Made by a program: the position numbers and the translations under genes
Notes under the pieces: generated by a model
What the model was told of the DNA's origin: nothing
Database searches by the model: none
The model's input: the letters and a program-made list of their open reading frames with translations, nothing else
DNA from: Vicugna vicugna
Lineage: Eukaryota
Direction: 5' to 3'
Length of the DNA: 64,000 nucleotides
Assembly (NCBI GenBank): GCA_013265495.1
Contig: MU058233.1
Coordinates: forward strand, 657,038-721,037
In this document: in pieces, positions 25,504 to 37,197 of the stretch
How the letters are laid out: each line of letters begins with the position of its first letter
How positions within the stretch are numbered: position 1 is the stretch's first letter

Positions 25504-25556
25504 GGCCCGGGGGCGGGGTCGGCCCGGGGGGCGGGGTCGGCCCGGGGGGCGGGGTC
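25504..25556. repeat. Tandem repeat, 3 x 17-18 bp, each unit containing a GC box
   Basis: ggcccggggg(g)cggggtc three times. Confidence 0.9.
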
Positions 25557-25701
25557 GCTCAGGCCCGGGGGCTTCCACGGATGAACCGCCCCGGTTTCCC
25601 GGGAAACGGCCAGCTCTACGTTGCGCCCGGTGCCGCAGCGTCAAAGCGGTCAAGATCCAACCCGCCAGCGTCGGGTATTTTATTCTTACGCATACCATTT
25701 C

Positions 25702-25860
25702 TTTCTTTTTTTTTTATTAAAGTATAGTCAGTTACAATGTGTCAGTTTTTGGCGTACAGCAGCATGTTTCAGTCATACATGTACGTATATTCATTTTCAT
25801 ATTCTTCATTAAAGCTTATTACAAGGTATTTAATATAGTTCCATGTGCTATACAGAAGCA
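25702..25860 (-). mobile_element. Short LINE-1 3' end
   Basis: T tract then aagtatagtcagttacaatgtgtcagttt, the reverse complement of the L1 tail seen at 55270-55320. Confidence 0.8.
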
Positions 25861-26649
25861 ACGTGGTTTTTTAAAAATCTGTTTTTATAATTTTATTGAT
25901 AAACTTTCAAATGGCAAAGCTTCTGACGGCTCACAATTTTAGAGGGCAAGTGTCCCCACGCCAAGCCAGCCGACTTCCCAGCCGCTGCGCGCGGAGAAGT
26001 GGTGCCCCACCTTCGCAGCAGACGTTGCCCTGCTTTACCTGGATTTAAAAACTTTTTTACGGGGCAGTTTGCTTTCTCACTACCCTAGCCCTGGGGGCAC
26101 CCAAGGCTTCCCAGACACGTATGAAAGCCGCTGGACCGCGGGTGTCCTGTCAGGCTCCACGCGGTGTGACCCATTCCCAGGACATCCGCGCAAATGGCCC
26201 GGCAGCAGGGGAGTGGTCGCCGCCGGCGGGGAAGGTTGACTACCAAGGGGCCTAGGCAACTTGAGGGACTGGTGGAACTGTTCTGTCTTGATTGCAGTGG
26301 TGTCACACAACTGCATAGGCCGGTCGAAACTCTCAGACGTGTGTAATTAAGAAGGGCGAACTTTAAAAAAAAAACGCCTTTATTGTGGTCTGGTTCCTGT
26401 ACAGTGAACTACACAGATTTCAAATGTACAACTTGAATTTTAATAGTTGTACACACTTATGAAGCCACCACCACAATCAAGATAGCTAATATTTAAAAAG
26501 GGTGAATTTTCCTGTGTAGTTAATATATTCTTTTTTTTAATAGAAAAAATAACCCTAAAGAAATAAAATTAACATCCTTGGTTCAAAAAAAATTAATTAG
26601 ACGGTACTAACAGTCAACTGAGCACAACAGAAGAGTCAGTGAATTTGAG

Positions 26650-27320
26650 GATGAGTAAAAATGCAAATTAAACCCACAAAAAGATACTACTTTATACCCA
26701 CCAGAATGGTTAAAATTAAAAGACAGACAGTATGAAAATTTGGTGAGGATATGGAGCAGTTTTGTAATTCTCATACACTGCTGTTAGGAGTGTAAAATGA
26801 GCTAGCCACTTCGAAAACTATGAGGCAGTTTCTTGTAAAGTCAAATGCAGTCCTCCCTGTGGCTCAGCAGTGCAGCCTTAGCTATGAAAATGGGCGTTCA
26901 CAGAATTTTCATAGCAGCTTTATTTATAACAGCCCAAATAGGAAACACCCAGGGGTTTCAATAAACCCTAGAAGGATGCATAAACAAATTTGGAGTTGTC
27001 ACGTGATAATCCTATAGACGTTTATTATTCAGCAACAAGGTAGATGGACTTGAAAGCCATATTAAGCAAAAGAACCCTCATACAAAAGTGGCACTACATG
27101 ATTCTGTTCATAGGAGTTTCAAGAACAACCAAAGCTTATGGTGAAAGAAATCAGAAAAGGGATTGTCTCTGAGTGATGTGGTGAACTAGGGGGGAAAGCA
27201 GGGGACTTTCATTGTGAAAGAGACGTTCCACATCTTACTTGGGTTGATGGTAACACAGATGCATGTTGGTTGACGTTTGTCAAAACTCATCAAATTCACA
27301 CTGAAAATCTGTGCCTTTTT
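26650..27320 (+). mobile_element. Old LINE-1 fragment
   Basis: atgcaaattaaacccaca, cccaccagaatggttaaaattaaaa, ctcatacactgctg, atagcagctttatttataacagcccaaa. Confidence 0.75.
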
Positions 27321-27486
27321 TAATGTCAGGTTATTTTTTAACACCTTTATTGTGGTATGATTCCTATACAGTAAACTACACATATTTCAGATCTACAATT
27401 TGATGAATTTTGATAGATGTACACACCCATGAAACCACCACCACAATCAAGACAGCTAACATTTCCATCACTCCCCAAGAGGTGCA

Positions 27487-28195
27487 AATTTTGAATTCCC
27501 AATTTATCCTTTCCGACTCCCTTTATCCCCTGGTAACCGTAAGTTTGTTCTCTATGTCTGTGAGTCTGTCTCTGTTTTGTAGATAAGTTCACTTGTGTCT
27601 TTTTTTTTTTTGATTCCACATGAGTGATATTATATATTTTTCTTTCTCTTTCTGGCTTACTTCACTTAGAATGACAATCTCCAGGTCCATCCATGTTGCT
27701 GCAAATGGCATTATTTCATTCTTTTTTGTGGCTGAGTAGTATTCCATTGTATAAACATATCACAACTTCTTTATCCAATCAGTCATCTGTTGATGGACAT
27801 TTAGGCTGTTTCCGTGTCTTGACTATTGTAAACAGTGCTGCTGTGAACATTGGGGTGCATGTGGCTTTTCAAATTATATTTTCCTCCAGATATATGCCCA
27901 GGAGTGGGATTGCTGGATCATATGGTAAGTCTATTTTTAGTTTTTTTGAGGAATCTCCATACTGTCCTCCACTGTGGCTGCACCAACTTACATTCCCACA
28001 TTCCCACCAACCATGTAGGAGGGTTCCCTTTTGCCACACCCTCTCTAGCATTTGTTGTTTGTAGACTTTTTAATGACAGTTTTTCTGGCTGGTGTGAGGT
28101 GGTACCTCATTGTAGTTTTGATTTGCATACTAATCTAACAATTAGTAATGTTGAGCATCTTTTCATGTGCTTGTTGGCCATGTGGATGTCTTTTT
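27487..28195 (-). mobile_element. LINE-1 fragment (inverted part of a 5'-inverted insertion)
   Basis: Antisense L1 3' region (LKIDLPYDPAIPLLGIY on -), followed by a sense L1 tail at about 28200-28300. Confidence 0.9.
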
Positions 28196-28414
28196 AGTAT
28201 CCATTTTGTCTACATTTAAAAAGGAATAAATGACACATTATAAACTGACTATACTTCAACCTAAAAAAGAAGTGAAAAAAAATACACCCAAAAAAAGAAA
28301 GAAAGTGCACCTTGTTAGAATGAAATCTTACCATTTGTCATTTTTAATTACTAAGTACCTGAGAACAGGTGTCTGTCTCCAGCCGCTCCCCAGACGGCCC
28401 CTGCCTGCTGGGTA

Positions 28415-28560
28415 AACTTTTGGTGAATTAATCTCCCTGTGCTTCAGTTTTCTCAGTAAAACAGGATGACAGTTGCACCTCTGTCAGAGGTGAGGATTCA
28501 TACGTGCCAAGCCCTTGCTACAGAGCCACAGCGAGGACTTAATAAACATTAGCTGGTATT
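28415..28560 (+). mobile_element. MIR remnant
   Basis: ttaatctccctgtgcttcagttttctcagtaaaacaggatgacag...gtgaggatt...ttaataaacattagct. Confidence 0.65.
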
Positions 28561-28596
28561 ACCACTTCTTTAATGGTTTAAAAAACAGAAAAGTTA

Positions 28597-28738
28597 GTGG
28601 GGACAGTATAGCTCACGTGGTGGAGTGCATGCTTAGGATGCATGAGGTCCTGGATTCAATCCCCAGTACCTTCATTAAAAAATAATAATAAATAAATAAA
28701 CCTAATTGCCTCCCCTCCACTGAAAAATAAAAATAAAA
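28597..28738 (+). mobile_element. tRNA-Ala-derived SINE (Vic-1-like), followed by a (TG/TA)n microsatellite at about 28751-28825
   Basis: tatagctcacgtggtggag...ggattcaatccccagtacc plus acctaattgcctcccc; cagaaaagtta on both sides. Confidence 0.88.
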
Positions 28739-30411
28739 CCCAGAAAAGTTATGTGTGTGTATGTATACATATACATGTATGTATATGTATGTGTGTGTGT
28801 GTGTGTGTGTGTATATCTCTCTCTCCATATCCGAATCTTTAAGGGGTAGCAGGGTCACCCCCATCATAAGGGATTTGTTTCAGTAATCACGGATCCCAGT
28901 AACTCAGAGTATGACTCAAGAGATCTGAATTGTGAGAGATGCTGTGGCCAGCAGCACCCATTCTCTGTTTCTTCATAACAGAGTCTCCAAGCTGTTGCTG
29001 GACACACTGCTGTCCAGCCAGACACCACATCCTGTGGCCCAGTGACTGAGCGGAGGCAACAGGTGAGGCTGGGTCACTCTGTACTAACAGATGACCCCCA
29101 GTCAACACTCTGGCCCAGAAGGGACACACCTGGGCGGCACCCCAATGCCTGGGGGACAGAGCCTCCTGCCTACAGAGTGCATCTGCAGCTCCCTGCAGCA
29201 GCACAACTGATCACTGCGGAAGCCAGTCAGTGTGGATGGAACTGATGTGGACTGGGGTCATGGTAGCAGGTCTGCAAGCTGAGCTGTGTGCACTGAACTC
29301 AGTCCTGCTGGCTCGGCCGGAGTCAGCAAACGTGTGCTGCAGGCAGCAGCGGGAAGAGGGCGATTCGGAAGGCCCAGAGACCATTCCGGGGCCGGCTCCC
29401 GAACTCAGCTGGGTTCCAGGCTGATGCACAGAAGGGAGGATTCGTGAAACAGCGACACGGAAGGAGCTGTGGGCTGGGCTGGGCCAGGCCAGCAAAAGAA
29501 GGATGCTGAAAACACCATTTCATTACCAAAAGAAAAAAGAAAAGGATGCCAAGGACAGGAAACCCGGGGGGGCTAAGAGATCAGAGGGATGGATCGCTGT
29601 CATAGAGAAGTCAGCCAAGGAAGGGCCCATTTTCTGGAAGGAGGTGAGGCGATTCAACACATTGAGGCTTAAGGACTGTGGAAATCACTTTGAAATGTCC
29701 ACGGAGTATTTAGAAATGCGCATTTGAGCGCTTGTGGAAAGCTCACAAATGAAACGAATGTCCCCCAAGAACTTCCTGAGCAGAGCCTGTTCCCAGGTGG
29801 AGTCCAGACCTGCCGCAAGCTCCCAGAGGCGCCCCTTCCAGCCGGGTGCCGAGCTCGGGCCTGAGAAAGGACCTGGTGCAGGAGCTGCACCCCACGCCAA
29901 CAGGCCAGTGAAGGGATCAGCCACACAGAATATTGTTTCCCACGCTTCTGGGGAAAGATGTCACCAAAGCATACTTTTTACCGGAATCTACCACATTCTT
30001 TGTTAAGTGAAAACCTGCATACAGGCAGGCTGCTTCTGGTTGGAGAAGTTACTGATTGCACAGAATTCCTTCTCAGGGAAAGGCTTGGATGCTCTTCCAA
30101 CAGCCCTCGTGTTTATCCATCACACTGCACATCAGTGGCATCAATAATTCTATTCATCTTCCCCACGAAGTCCGCACAAGGGATGAGACTGCCTGACCTG
30201 GTGATTTTTAAACACCGAGCCTCCCCTCGGCGCTGAGTCCCCGGTCCCGCACTCACCACAGGTTTCCACCGGCAATTACACCTCCTCTAGGCCAGGAAGC
30301 GGCTGGCCATCCGAGCCTAGACCACTCCTGCAACACCCACTGCGGGACTGTTAAGAGGGTTAGCACAGAACACCTATTTGATGAAGGAGATACAACATAA
30401 AGGTAAATCCA

Positions 30412-30504
30412 GGGGGAGGTATAGCTCAGTGGTAGAGCACATGCCTAGCATGCACAAGGTCCTGGGTTCAATCCCCAGTAACCTCCAGCAAAAAAAAAAA
30501 AAAG
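30412..30504 (+). mobile_element. Short tRNA-Ala retrocopy / tailless SINE
   Basis: tRNA-like head directly followed by polyA; target-site duplication aaa(g/a)gtaaatcca. Confidence 0.85.
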
Positions 30505-31059
30505 AAAAGTAAATCCATCAACTTGTTAGCTCATCAGTGCCTGCATATGTCCAGCAACTTTATAGGAAAAGGTAAGAGTTCGGATACATAGAACCATGCC
30601 CCTCATGATTACTGCAGGAAAGAAAATCTGCATCCTCAACCTTTCAGGAAGCTAAGGCCACAAAAAGAGGCGGTCAGAGTCTTCGTTCAGATAAGGTAGT
30701 ACGTGTGCTCCCTGACCCCTGGGTATGCACGCTAACCCGGGAGGCCTAGCGAAAGTGTCAGCCCCACCGCAAAACCAAATCCTGTGCTGCCGGCTGGCTT
30801 CTCCTTCTCTGTGCTTTTTTTCTCTTTTTCTAAACCATGCTGGTTATTAATACTAATATTTAACTGAAGACTCTTACTGATCAAAAATAAAGTATGAACG
30901 AAAAAGGCAAAACTGGGGAGCTGCAGCATTTCTCTTAGTCAAGTATTTGACCAGAGTTTATAACTGGACAGAAAAGTTACTTCCAAATGTGCTGAAATAT
31001 AAACATTAAAATGAAGCCACCCCCACAATGAAATGTAAAAAGTCTTTAACAAAAAATAG

Positions 31060-31065
31060 TTTATT
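31060..31065 (-). terminator. Probable distal GOLGA3 polyadenylation signal
   Basis: AATAAA on - with U/GU-rich downstream sequence, about 2.8 kb past the stop; a second AATAAA on - lies at 31464-31469. Confidence 0.6.
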
Positions 31066-33901
31066 GCACAAATTCAAGGAATTCCCAAGCACGCTTGAAT
31101 TTATATAAAAAAAAATCAACATGCTTTTTAAAGTTACAATCCGTTGTGCGTGGTGACAACCTTTCCCCTGAACGGCTCCAACCCGAGGACTCCCTTTTTG
31201 TGAGGACATTGTTAAGAGACACGAATAACTTAAAACCACTGAGTTTTCAAGACCCTCTAAAACATTACCCTCAAGGACCCATCATAACCTGGGACCACCA
31301 TACCGTGAGACTTGCCTGGAACACGGTGAGTGGACTTGTTTGAATAAGGCTCAGAGGGTCCCACACGCCCCAGCGTCACACACATTGTGGGGTCCAGGAC
31401 ATTTCTCTTTCAGGTACGCTGGTCCCTTTCAATATTAGAAATCTTTACGCACGACATTTAGTTTTTATTAAAAAAAACACTCATGGAAGTGGGAGCTTAT
31501 GTCGTGGGGACTCTGCAGGCTGTGGCTTCTGCAGTATCGCTGCAACACGAGTCTTTAAACTGAGAGCGTTTAACGAGAACCTTCCTAATGCAGCCTTCCA
31601 CAGGCTGCCTCCCCCGAGGCCCGTCCTGGTCCTGGACCCCAGGCCAGGATACGAGCCAGTTTCACACGCTGTCAAAAACACTGCCTGTGATACCTTCTAA
31701 ACAGCAGAACGAAGGCGTGTAAATCTGTAAGACGTGGCATCTATCTGATGTGCCCCGTGGAGAAATCAGCGATAACCACATTGCAATAAGTTATCTTTGG
31801 GACGTAAGAAAAACACGTAATAATAGCATGAAGTGTCCAAGCCGAGGACGCGACATACAGTATCCATCGTACAGATGAACACCAACACAACGCAATGGTG
31901 GGCTTGCCTTTGTAAGTGCTCCAGAGCTGATTGCTGTCTTCCGTGAGCACGTTCCTAATTCCCCCTTCTGCCCACAGCAGAACATTTCCAACGTCACTCA
32001 CTCAAGAACCTAGTTCTGGGAGGTAGCAGTGCCAGTAAAGTCCCTTGGACATAGAAAACCAAAAAGCCAAAAAAACCCCCTACAAATCAAGAGCAAGTGA
32101 GTCAAAAACCCAGCTTCCTCTTTCAAGATGATGTATTGAGGAAGCCTGAACACAAGAGCCCCGGATGGGGAACTGCGACCAGACACACATGAGGCATCGC
32201 TGTGGCTGGAAGTGGACAGCCACGCGCTGCCAGAACCAAAGGACGAGGCTGCACCAGGTGACGTGGGAGGACACGGGCACATACACACACACACACAGGC
32301 CCCCCCCAAGGGCACATGCACATGGAGGGTGACTCAGCAGAGGAAAACGGGGCCGAGGAACAGAGATTGGCTTTCTCGTGATGGACGTCTTCAGGATTCG
32401 TTCATCCTTTCCTAAAAAGAAATGACCGTGACCAGCATTCATGGAAGACCTCAGCAAGCAGTCCGGAAGCCGCTACAGAAGGAGGCTGTGTGTGATTTCT
32501 TGGCTCTAAAGATGAAAACAACAGAGTGCAGCCGAAAGAAGTGAGAACATAAATTACACTTTTCTTTCCCCAGGGCACAAAAACAATCTTGTCAAAAATG
32601 ATTCCAACCTCGGAGGCAAAGAAGGATATATTTATAATGAAGTTTTCAAGTATAATTTCCAAGATTAACCCCGTACCAATGACGTACGTATTTTAGAAGT
32701 TCTATTACCTGCTGGGGGAATTTTTTTTTTCAATACCAGATGTCCTTGTGGCTATTGCCACTTTAACCTTAGGACTTAACCTTCTACAGCAGATCGTGAG
32801 AGAAGAGGAACGGACTGAAAACACCGCGCTGCTTTCTGCACCGACGAGACTCGGGTGACACAGTGGCAGGAGCGGATCTGGCCTGATCAGTATCACCACA
32901 GACGTCATCTTCAGACCAGCAGCCTGTGCGGGGGTCCCACATCCTCCCTCTCTCCTCTGACTCAGAACAGTGACCACTATTTTAGGGCATCTCAGCAAAC
33001 TGGGGACAGATGCACAAACCTCGAGTCTCACAGTCAGCCATGCAGTGCCGAGGTGCCCTAGGTGGACCCTCACACACCTGGGAGCTCTGACTTCAAGTTC
33101 GGCATCCTGACATCCCGCCCGCCCAGGGGTCGGCCACGGTGAGTGAGGCCACATAGGGCCAAGAGTCAGATAGGTGGACGTCGTGCATGCAGGATGAGGA
33201 AAGAATGTCAAAATAAAGTGAAACGGAAATAACAAAGAACTTCTGTCTAAGGATATTTGGTTTTAGGAGGTGAATAAAATAATTACCTTTCTTAAAATAT
33301 AATTTTCTGTCTGACGTTCCTAAATCCTACACATATATTATTTCCTAACAGCAGATTTTCAGAAAGGCCATCGACAAAAAGACAGTTCAGGTCATTCTTA
33401 AATAAGGTGAGCATATACTTTTAAAAGATTAGATTATGATTTTTCAGGATTTCTATGCACATTCTATGGAGGGATGGTATTGAAAATAAAATAAAATAAA
33501 ATAAAATAAAGACCAAAGGTGCAAATGGAGTCTCACTTCTGCAGGGAGGTAAAACTCTTCCTGAATCAAACAGGACAGCGAGAAACCAGACCCAGAGTAT
33601 GACAACCCCACCAGTGACCGTCTGAGAACAGCGCCCACTGTCGTCCTAAGAGATCTCCTTCTGCAAGTAACCCCTTGGCTACGTTCAAGACGTCCCTCTG
33701 AGATCTAAATGAGGTTTTCAAGATTTGGTCATTTCAGGAGAAAAGCTGGTTGTGATCTGCAAATGACGATTTCTTGACCCCGGGCTCTCGCCCTGCTGTG
33801 CTCCTTGTAGAGGCAAACGCAAACCTTAAATCTCATCTTAGAGAAACAGAGAACGCACAGTCCAATGAGCAACATCGGTACGAGGACATCCCTCTGGGTA
33901 G

Positions 33902-34118
33902 CTACGAACACTCGGGGTGGGGCTGCTGGGCGGTCGCTGTTCCAAGCCCCTCTTCGGAGGCCCTGCCCTGACTGTGTCGCTTCGTGTCCCCTCGGGGGTT
34001 GGCGTGATCTCCCGACAGGGCGGGGCTGGCGGGGTCCCCCTGAGTCCATGAGGACAGCGACTCGTGCACAGTGACCGTGTGAGCCTCCATCTGGCGCTGC
34101 AGGCTGTCCATCTCCTGC
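33902..34118 (-). CDS. GOLGA3: GOLGA3 (golgin-160) last coding exon (24)
   Basis: tccccag|G CAG GAG ATG; QEMDSLQRQMEAHTVTVHESLSSW...PHPECS then TAG. Confidence 0.92.
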
Positions 34119-34585
34119 CTGGGGAGACGGGGGAGGCAGAGGAGGGAGCGCGGTCAGGGGAGAGCCGGCAACAACATCGTCCCTGCCCTGAGACACAGCA
34201 GTCGCCGCGGACTCGCCCCAGCGACCCTGAACGGGACGGCAGCTGGCGCATGCGTGGTGCCTTCTGGGACCAAGGGAACCTCTCTACTTGGACCGGGAAA
34301 GTGGTGGGGTCACGGAACGAGAGGGATCCTGGGCAGTTTTCTCGGCACCCTGCAGAGGCCAACTGGCCATGCGGTGCCCCGCACGGGCCTCTGCTTGGGG
34401 ACAACGTGGGAAAGACAGTCGAGGGTCCGCCCCTCACGGCTTCCAGCCACGGGGTCAAAAGACACAGGGCTCCATCCTCCCAACACTGGCCTCCCGCTGC
34501 TGCCTTTCTGAGGGCTCGGCCCTGTGGCTGGAGGCGTCTCAGGTTGTTTGGCCCTGGGCAGCCCCCCCTTAACAAGTGGCTTGAG

Positions 34586-34709
34586 GAGGGAAGGGTGTAG
34601 CTCAAGTGGCAAAGCGCATGCCTAGCATGTGCAAGGTGCTGGGTTCAACCTCCAGTCCCTACTCTAAAAAATAAACAAACCAACCTAATTACCTCCCCCC
34701 AAAAAACAA
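34586..34709 (+). mobile_element. tRNA-Ala-derived SINE (Vic-1-like)
   Basis: Perfect 15-bp target-site duplication aacaagtggcttgag at 34571-34585 and 34710-34724. Confidence 0.92.
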
Positions 34710-34859
34710 AACAAGTGGCTTGAGAGGCATGTGATCCTGAACATAGAGCTGCTCAGCTTCTGCTGGGTAGGCAGCGCTGGCAACAGGGAAGCTCCTTCCG
34801 GGTTAAAGGTGCCACTTAATCAGAGGGACTCAGTGCCGGGGCCCAGAAGCAGGTCGTAC

Positions 34860-35023
34860 TTGAGCTGCTGCAGGCAGCTGTTGAGGTTCTTGAGGGGCTC
34901 CTTGCTGACGGCCGGTGGGGGTCGCAGCAGCTCCTCCAGCAGTGAGGCGGGGACAGGGCAGTCGGGGACCTTCACTGGCGTCACGGGGCTGGAAGAGCTG
35001 GCGTCGCCTTTCCGCTCCTTCCT
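34860..35023 (-). CDS. GOLGA3: GOLGA3 exon 23
   Basis: AG/GT bounded, 164 nt; RKERKGDASSSSPVTPVKVPDCPVPASLLEELLRPPPAVSKEPLKNLNSCLQQLK. Confidence 0.95.
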
Positions 35024-35879
35024 CTGTTTTGAAAAGGGACAGAGTTAGCTGCCCCGTCCCCCAGGAGGCTGCTGGTGGGGCTCCACCACCCCGACTGCTT
35101 CCAGAGGTGCCTCCACAGCATCCCTGTGGCCTCAGGAAGGCACATCCCACTAGTTCCAAATCAGCAGACCCAACTATACTTCAATTAACAAAATAAACAA
35201 ATCAGCAGAGCTGGCCACCGCAGGGGTTCACGAAATGGGGGCTGAATAAAGAGCCACCTTTCTGACGCATGTGACAGACATCCAGGCCTGGCTCCTTGGG
35301 CGGACAGGGCTGAAGGCCCCCCAGGTGTGAGCACGACTGTGGGGCTTTCCACAGCCTGGACTCTGAGTTTCCCTAAGAAATTAAGTTACGTTTTCAACTC
35401 CTAAGACACCTCCCTACCTAGGACTTCAAACCTTTGCCACAGATACTTAACCAGGCTGAGTAAACCTCTGGATAGGAGCAATTTCTTTGCAAAGTATTTA
35501 TACGGACCGAGGAGAAAGACAAACGGCGCGTAAACATACAACCTGAGCAGGGCTCATGACAGTGGCTTTCGGGGTCCCTGAGCCCCGAGCCCATGCTGGT
35601 AGCTGTCAGGTCCCTGCTAGGCTCACTGAGAGAGCCAGAGGCCCTTGTTAACGCACGCGCTCCACACCCTTGTGTGGCCTGTGAGACGTATTGCAGTAAG
35701 ACAGCCCTGGAATTGCGGGGGAAAGGCACCAAGGTAGTTATCTGGCCTGGTGTTGCAGAACACTCCCTCATCACCTATTTTCACACAACAGTCGCTCAAT
35801 GTTGGGTGAGTCAACTCCGTAACTGAATGACCAGGAAACCCGCCAGCCTCCCAGCAACACGTCTACGTGGGCCGCTGAC

Positions 35880-36044
35880 CGTCTTGGCTGCACCACGTCG
35901 CAGGTCCAGCTGGAGCTGCTGGTTTTGCTGAAGTAGAGTCTTCATGTTGTTCTTCAGTTCTGACACTTTAGCCTGAAGCGTGAATTTGTCTTTCTGGGTC
36001 GTGGACAGGTCTCCCCGCACCATTTCCAGCTCAGCTTTAATGTT
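35880..36044 (-). CDS. GOLGA3: GOLGA3 exon 22
   Basis: AG/GT bounded, 165 nt; NIKAELEMVRGDLSTTQKDKFTLQAKVSELKNNMKTLLQQNQQLQLDLRRGAAKT. Confidence 0.95.
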
Positions 36045-36721
36045 CTAAAGGGAGGGAAGTCAGATTTTCAGAAACTGAAAGACTTGAACCACTGCTAAAA
36101 TCTTCATCTGTAGGTCACCATCCCAAGGGGCGAGTGTCTACAGGATCGCTTTTTACCCGACGCTCCCTCCCCAGCACAGCTCCTCTCCCGGAGCCTGGCC
36201 TCCATTTTCTGGCCCAAACGTCAGTGTCTCTGCCCAGGAGCCGGTGGTTTTCCTACATTCTACAGTGAACCCCGAGGTGCCTGTTCATATCCCGAGGTCA
36301 GAAGCCTAACTACTCCTAGGACAGAACACAAAGCCGTTCTGATTGCTCCTCAAGCCATCCACCTACAGGGAGGAATCTCAGCAGAGTCGTGGCCCTGATC
36401 CTTCTCTCAAGTTGTCAAGACTCTCCACACATTTCTTCCTAGAGATGCTTACCACAGATGCGTGAACTAACGTGTACTGTCTCGGTTTTTGGACTTAATG
36501 AGACCCAGTTCCTGGTACACATCACACAGCTCAGCCCAGGCCAGGGCACAGGGTCTCTGATCTCTGCTCAGCACCCTTCAGCGGCCTGGCCTGGCTTCTC
36601 TCTGAAACGGGACAATGTCTACAGAAAGGTTTGGTGAGAGTATCCGATCCATCGAGAACGCCTGCACAGCACCGGGACAAGCTTGTGACACGCTGCGCCA
36701 GGGCCCTTGCATGCCACACAC

Positions 36722-36844
36722 CTGCCATGACTGCTGTATTGCATCCAATTCCTTTTTACTCTGCTGTTCTGTCAAGTTCAGCTGCTGCTTCAGGGACTGG
36801 ATTTCTCTCTCCTTCTGATCCACCTCCCATTTGAGATTTTCCAT
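36722..36844 (-). CDS. GOLGA3: GOLGA3 exon 21
   Basis: AG/GT bounded, 123 nt; MENLKWEVDQKEREIQSLKQQLNLTEQQSKKELDAIQQSWQ. Confidence 0.94.
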
Positions 36845-37064
36845 CTAGAAAAGGGAAAAAGTCACGTGAGCAAAAGAATTTTCAAATGGCCTTCTTGCGT
36901 TATAAAAGTGCTCTCACAGTATTTCTGTATGTTGCTTAATATCACACTTAGGAAAAACAAATATCCCTTTCCGAGGAGACAGGGAATGAAGCAAAGTGTC
37001 GGCCAGCAGAGCCCAGCTCTGTAAGCACATCCACCGCAGGTGGAAAGCTGCCCTGGAGGCTCAC

Positions 37065-37197
37065 CTCTTGGGTTCCCACGGGCTCTTTGCTCAGCTGCTC
37101 GTCCAGCTGCTTCTGCAGGAGCTGGAGTTGCGTCCGGGCCTCGGCCAGCTCTGCCTGGAACTGTGCTACTTCCTGGGAATGCTTCCCCTCCTGAATC
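37065..37197 (-). CDS. GOLGA3: GOLGA3 exon 20
   Basis: gctag|G ATT, 133 nt; IQEGKHSQEVAQFQAELAEARTQLQLLQKQLDEQLSKEPVGTQE. Confidence 0.94.

Larger units (their letters stand above)
24640..25680. promoter_or_regulatory. CpG island / ANKLE2 promoter and first exon
   Basis: Very GC- and CpG-rich relative to flanks, multiple GGGGCGGGG GC boxes, spans the start codon; edges approximate. Confidence 0.85.

Noticed and set aside
24625..25720. Several overlapping 190-330 aa ORFs on both strands
   Set aside because: CpG-island artefacts; only the MLWPRL exon has a matching donor and continues into ANKLE2.
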